Below, piece after piece: positions 59,613 through 64,000 of a stretch of 64,000 nt of DNA (position 1 is the stretch's first letter; the number at the start of each line of letters is the position of its first letter). The DNA comes from Minutocellus sp. GHC0000111 (taxonomy: Eukaryota): NCBI GenBank assembly GCA_977018835.1, contig OZ361256.1:5022001-5086000 (forward strand). Direction: 5' to 3'. Position numbers and translations under genes: made by a program. The notes under the pieces are model-generated. The model saw nothing but the letters and a program-made list of their open reading frames with translations, was not told the DNA's origin and did not search any database.

Positions 59613-62600
59613 TCACATTGCCACAACGCTATATGTAACGTAATGAGTGAGAATTTTCGTTGCCTTGGGGTGCTGCTGAACAAAGTGCAGTCCGAGGAGC
59701 CGAACCTTACTCTGCTCGTCCAAATTATCGGATGTAAAGAAGTCAAAGACCGCGTCGTTCAAGTAGAACGAACCGGAGCTGCTGCGGCGGCACATGAAAG
59801 AGTGACTATGTACAGGCTTCAATCCATCATACAAATGTGAACTTCGAACCAGTAGAACATTGGAGGCATCCATTGTCTCCTCTCCTGCCTTGAGTATGGC
59901 ATCATTCACATGTTGCAATGCTCTCTCAACGAGATTTACGTCTGAGGCATCCGATAGTGTGCCAATGCCAAAAAATGGCACCTACATTCGAGAACCAAAG
60001 CTTGTCCTCGGTTGTGGCTATGTCGAATAAACCACCGCGACGAAGCACATCAAGGGCGCGTTGTGAAACGATTATTGGATTGCGATGTGGGCCCAGCTTC
60101 TCCCTGACATATCTCTCATCACAGGCTAGGGTTGGGAAGCCCTGTTTCCCGTACATGATCGAAAATCGCGTCGCCAATGCCTTGCAAGATATACCGACTG
60201 GGTCGTATTTCCTGTTGGACATCACCTCTGACCCTAAACAAGCCCCAGCGATGAGTGAAGGGGTAGATAAGGATTGCACTACTGCTCCATCTGTAACATC
60301 TCCACTGGCGACAAGAGCCATCGAGCTATCCTTGCCATGAACAAGTCGGTTCAAAAGCTTTGAGCCAATCTGTTTGTGCCCCTGCGATGCATCGACAAGA
60401 CACTCCTGGATCAAGGTGCCTATAGCTCGCTTCAAGACATCAAAGTCCGCGATCGTTATGCCGTTCTTGCTCCTCGAAGTAGGAACGTTGACCAAATCAT
60501 AGCCAAATAATGAGCAAGGAAGCGATAATTCGTCACAAAGCTGACCGTCGACTTAAATTCTTCCAATTTCGGCGGGATCGAGGAGTAGCTCATGCTTTGA
60601 CGTAGTACCGTATCCGACAATGTCGGCGTTTGACATCGATGACAGTGCAGGATTTAGGAGACGGAAATCTGCCATTACTGCGAGATGAGGGTCAGTAGAT
60701 GCATCAATGCTCTCTCGTGAGGATGCTGATGAAGTCGGAGTGTGTTCTGATGCCGAAATTCCATTGCAATCATCTGGAGCAATTGAACCGTCATCCTTCA
60801 GCAGAAGGCTAATCCTGGTAATACCACGCCCGAGCCCATAGAAATTCGTTGCATCCTCAACACCAAGACCGGGAAGACTTCCAGATTTGACGTTGACGAT
60901 TGGCAGTCGTCTGGAAGGAATTGCACTCCCCCCAACACCGGGAACAGTTGGGGCCGTCGGTTCCTCTGCAGCCTCGCCGTAGGTATACATGTTGCCCGTG
61001 ACGCCTGAAGTAATAGCGAGGCAAAATTTTCGTTCGTTGCGATCATCTACCAAGGGAGCGAGGAAAATCTCTGCCCCGCCATCTGAGATCAATTTGGCTA
61101 GAGAATCATCGGCAACACTTTCCTCTCGGCTCTTAGCGCTGCTATCACCTTCGATTCCAACCTGAGTGAGAGAGCTTATTTCCTTGCGCACAGCAGTACC
61201 AAACTGGGTGAAGTGGGGCACATGGGCTCGGTACTCAGCTACAAAACCATAAAGGAGCAGCTCTTCCTGAAATGCCGAGTCAGAACCATCAGGTCCAATC
61301 GCGAGGGGATGCTTACTGCAGTAGAGAAGAGAGAAGCTCGACATGGCAGTAACGTTCTCAAACCAGTACTGTGTGCTCGTCGAACCAGGATTGACCATTA
61401 CATCACATCGGCGTTCATAGCCAAAGCGGTAGCCTGCCGAACGTAGAAAGTTGGGGATTTCGCCGTCTTCTCCGGCAGAAATAATTTGTTCTTTCGACAT
61501 GGAGCCAAGACGGAGATTTATTTTCCAGGCATCTGGAGTTGATATCAAATCGCGAACAGACAATTCGGCGTTGGGAAAGTGCTTGGAGAGGTAAGAATTT
61601 GTGGCGGATAGGGTGTGCGATGTAACTCGTTCGATGCCCTCTGCGAGAGTGGCATAATTGTAGTCGTCAGTATCGATGCCATCGACGAGTCCGTTGGCTA
61701 GCAACGCCCCCGTGGCGCTTTGTCGAGCAATGCCAACTATAGCTGTCATCGGCGAAGGTGGTGGGGGGGCTGCCAGAGTCAAAGGTAGGCGAAAGGTATC
61801 GGTCACATTTTGGGGCAATTCAGTGCTGGTAAATGTATTCGAATACATTCTAGTGGACGATGTGTTTGAAGCTGTCGCTGTAAGGTTTCGCGAAAGTTGT
61901 GTGTCTGGCTTTGGTGGGAACATAACGTTGCTGCTGCTCGGATGCGCTTCCTCGTCGCCTTTCGCTGTCTCGTGGTCCTCTCTGCTACGTCCTGTATTGA
62001 GGTGTTTTTCTGTGTTCTCGCGAGCGAAGGAAGGGCGCTGCACAATTACCTTTTGACCCTTACCATCGCCCCGTACCTGCTTGACGCTATCATCGTCGTC
62101 CAATTCTAGATCCGAGAAGAGATCCTGCATATCATCGGACGTTCGCCGAAGCTCCTCATCAGACAGTGGAAGCATTGTATGGAATGACTTCCTTCCAGGC
62201 GTGATGCTGCCTCTTGTGTGCTGCGTATGAATTTTGGCATTTGTAATTCCGTTGTCGACGCCGTTGCAGTCGCCTTCTTCGTTGATATTGTCCAGTTGAA
62301 CTGCGTTGCTGAAGCGAGATTGGCGCCTCCCATGTGGTTGTGGTTGTGGCTGTTGACATTTCCGATGGTCATTGTCCCCATCGGCTGTTCCACTGATGAT
62401 GCTATCGCCAGTATCCTCCATGAAATCGTCGGGCAGGACGAAACTTCCTCGCTCTTCCTTTGGTAAGTTGGCAAGGAACTGCGAAGCCTGAAGAGCCGCC
62501 TGGCGCATGTCCATCCCTCTCGACGACAATGCCTTGGTGTATGGGAGAGGCGTCATCCCGTCGCTGCCGTTGCTCTGGAGACTGGCATCAGATACGCTTG

Positions 62601-63207
62601 TCCTGCCACCGGTACTTGTGGTGGTAGACTTGGCACTGGCACTGCTTCGGCTTTGGCTGGTGGCACTCCTGCGAGCACTCACACCAGAGGTGCCGCTCAG
62701 GCAGGAATGGTCGTCATCGTCGAACAGGCTGTTGTTCCGGTTCTCGTTGGGCTCGGCGATGTTCTTTGCCCAGCTGATTAGGGACGGACGCGGGTGGCAG
62801 CGAGCCGGCGAACCATCTGCAGTAGACCCATTCTCTTTCGCGATTGCAGCAGCTGAGGCTACTTTTGAAGTGACTGAGTCAGTGGTGGCATCACGAGGCG
62901 ATTCTGATCCGAGGTTTGAGCTGCTACTGCTACTGCACGCTCCAGCAGCACGATTCTGGCTTTGACGACGACTGGATGGAGAAGTATGTACATGTACCTT
63001 GCGCAAGGATCGAGGTGCGATGCCGAATTGTCTCTTGGTCGCGGTGGGGTTGCCGCTAATGCGGCGGGAGGAGCTGGATGCTTCCACCGTCGTTCTCGTT
63101 GGTGGTGGTGGTGTGCTCGTAGTTGGCAGCACATGTTCGGCTTCGGGTTCGTATGTATTGGTGCTGCTACTTGACGAGGCGCCACCCATGCCCATCGCTG
63201 GTGACAT
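59613..63207 (-). pseudogene. large uncharacterised protein (disordered N-half, globular C-half) with TAA 60553-60555 and frameshift ~59972
   Basis: ELLLDPAEIGRI*VDGQL...LFGYDLVNVP continues in frame into ORF 59926..60495; T6 run shifts into ORF 59613..59981. Confidence 0.65.
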
Positions 63208-63636
63208 GCCGATGCCATCATTGTCGGAACGAGAAGCGGTGCCAGGTGCAGTCTTGGAATATGTTCTCGCTTGGCCTTAGCCTTCGCTTTGATTGCTACA
63301 AGGATCGATGAGGATGAGGACGTTGCCGAGGAAACAGAAGCCCCATCATTATTGTGGTTGGCGTGGTGATTGTCGATTCTGTGCTCCATCTTGAATGAAT
63401 TGGTGTATCTTGTAATTTGTTTTCAATTCCGTGACTGTGCGGCAGAGCTGAGTAGGCGAAAAAGCGGGAGTGTGCAAAAGCGAACCACAGTCGAAAAGTG
63501 CTGCATAGGCAGATCACGTGATGGGATCTTGAGAGAGATCAGGGCTGTAAAAGAGCCGAAATGGCGGAAAGTCGGATGTCGCATAGAAATTGTTACAGCA
63601 ATTATAAATTGCGATGACCACATCTTTGGAAACCTC

Positions 63637-63709
63637 GGGGGATTAGCTCAGTTGGTAGAGCGCGTGCTTAGCATGCACGAGGTCGTGAGTTCGATTCTCA
63701 CATTCTCCA
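63637..63709 (+). tRNA. tRNA-Ala (anticodon AGC)
   Basis: identical third copy; T-run terminator. Confidence 0.95.
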
Positions 63710-64000
63710 TTTTGCTTTTGCTCACGGCGAGAGAGTCGAAGCTCACAGTTCCTTTTGCTGGGCAAGCTTGAAAGCGTAAGCTCCTTTTGGTTATCATAAC
63801 AATCTTACGTTTTGCGGCGGCGTTGGCTCTTTGAAGGGTCAACGTTGCAACTGTCACATTATTCGGGGTTGCCGCTGCGCCGCCGGTCCCGCAAACCGCC
63901 ACAACCATCTTACGAAGCTCGGCCGTCTTCGTCGGCCCTCAGCACTCAGCTCTTAGGCACCACTCATTCATAATTAAACCCACCAATTAACAAGCAAAAG

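Noticed and set aside
1234..60555. Stop-codon reassignment or programmed readthrough as the cause of the in-frame TAA/TGA codons
   Set aside because: TAA would need different residues at different sites (likely E at 15120, Y at 60553), TAA and TGA terminate intact genes here, and the same genes also carry frameshifts
49312..63709. tRNA-derived SINE family
   Set aside because: Copies are perfect 73-nt tRNAs with immediate T-run terminators, no shared 3' body and no TSD

Overview
Gene-dense eukaryotic nuclear DNA from a diatom-like stramenopile, judged from short GT-AG introns, bipartite signal+'AF' plastid presequences and diatom-type gene families. It carries about 25 protein genes or pseudogenes and three identical tRNA-Ala(AGC) genes. 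Mobile DNA comprises a 485-bp TA-flanked MITE, a 5'-truncated RTE-type LINE and two truncated copies of a second non-LTR element. Three patterns stand out. (1) Both copies of the second retroelement end at the same base and are flanked on both sides by TACATGTA, suggesting a site-specific retrotransposon. (2) TA-nn(nn)-TA palindromes (TACATGTA, TAGATCTA, TAGGCCTA, TACCGGTA, TAGAGTCTA) are strongly enriched and nested into arrays. They look like excision footprints of TA-targeting DNA transposons, and one class matches the GAG...CTC ends of the resident MITE. (3) Ten genes carry nonsense codons, frameshifts or a deletion (8 in-frame stops, about 8 frameshifts), while core genes (SAE1, Med22, CSN7, PIG-C, CAMTA) are intact. 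This indicates either regional degeneration or assembly error. Family assignments come from motif recognition only; no searches were run.
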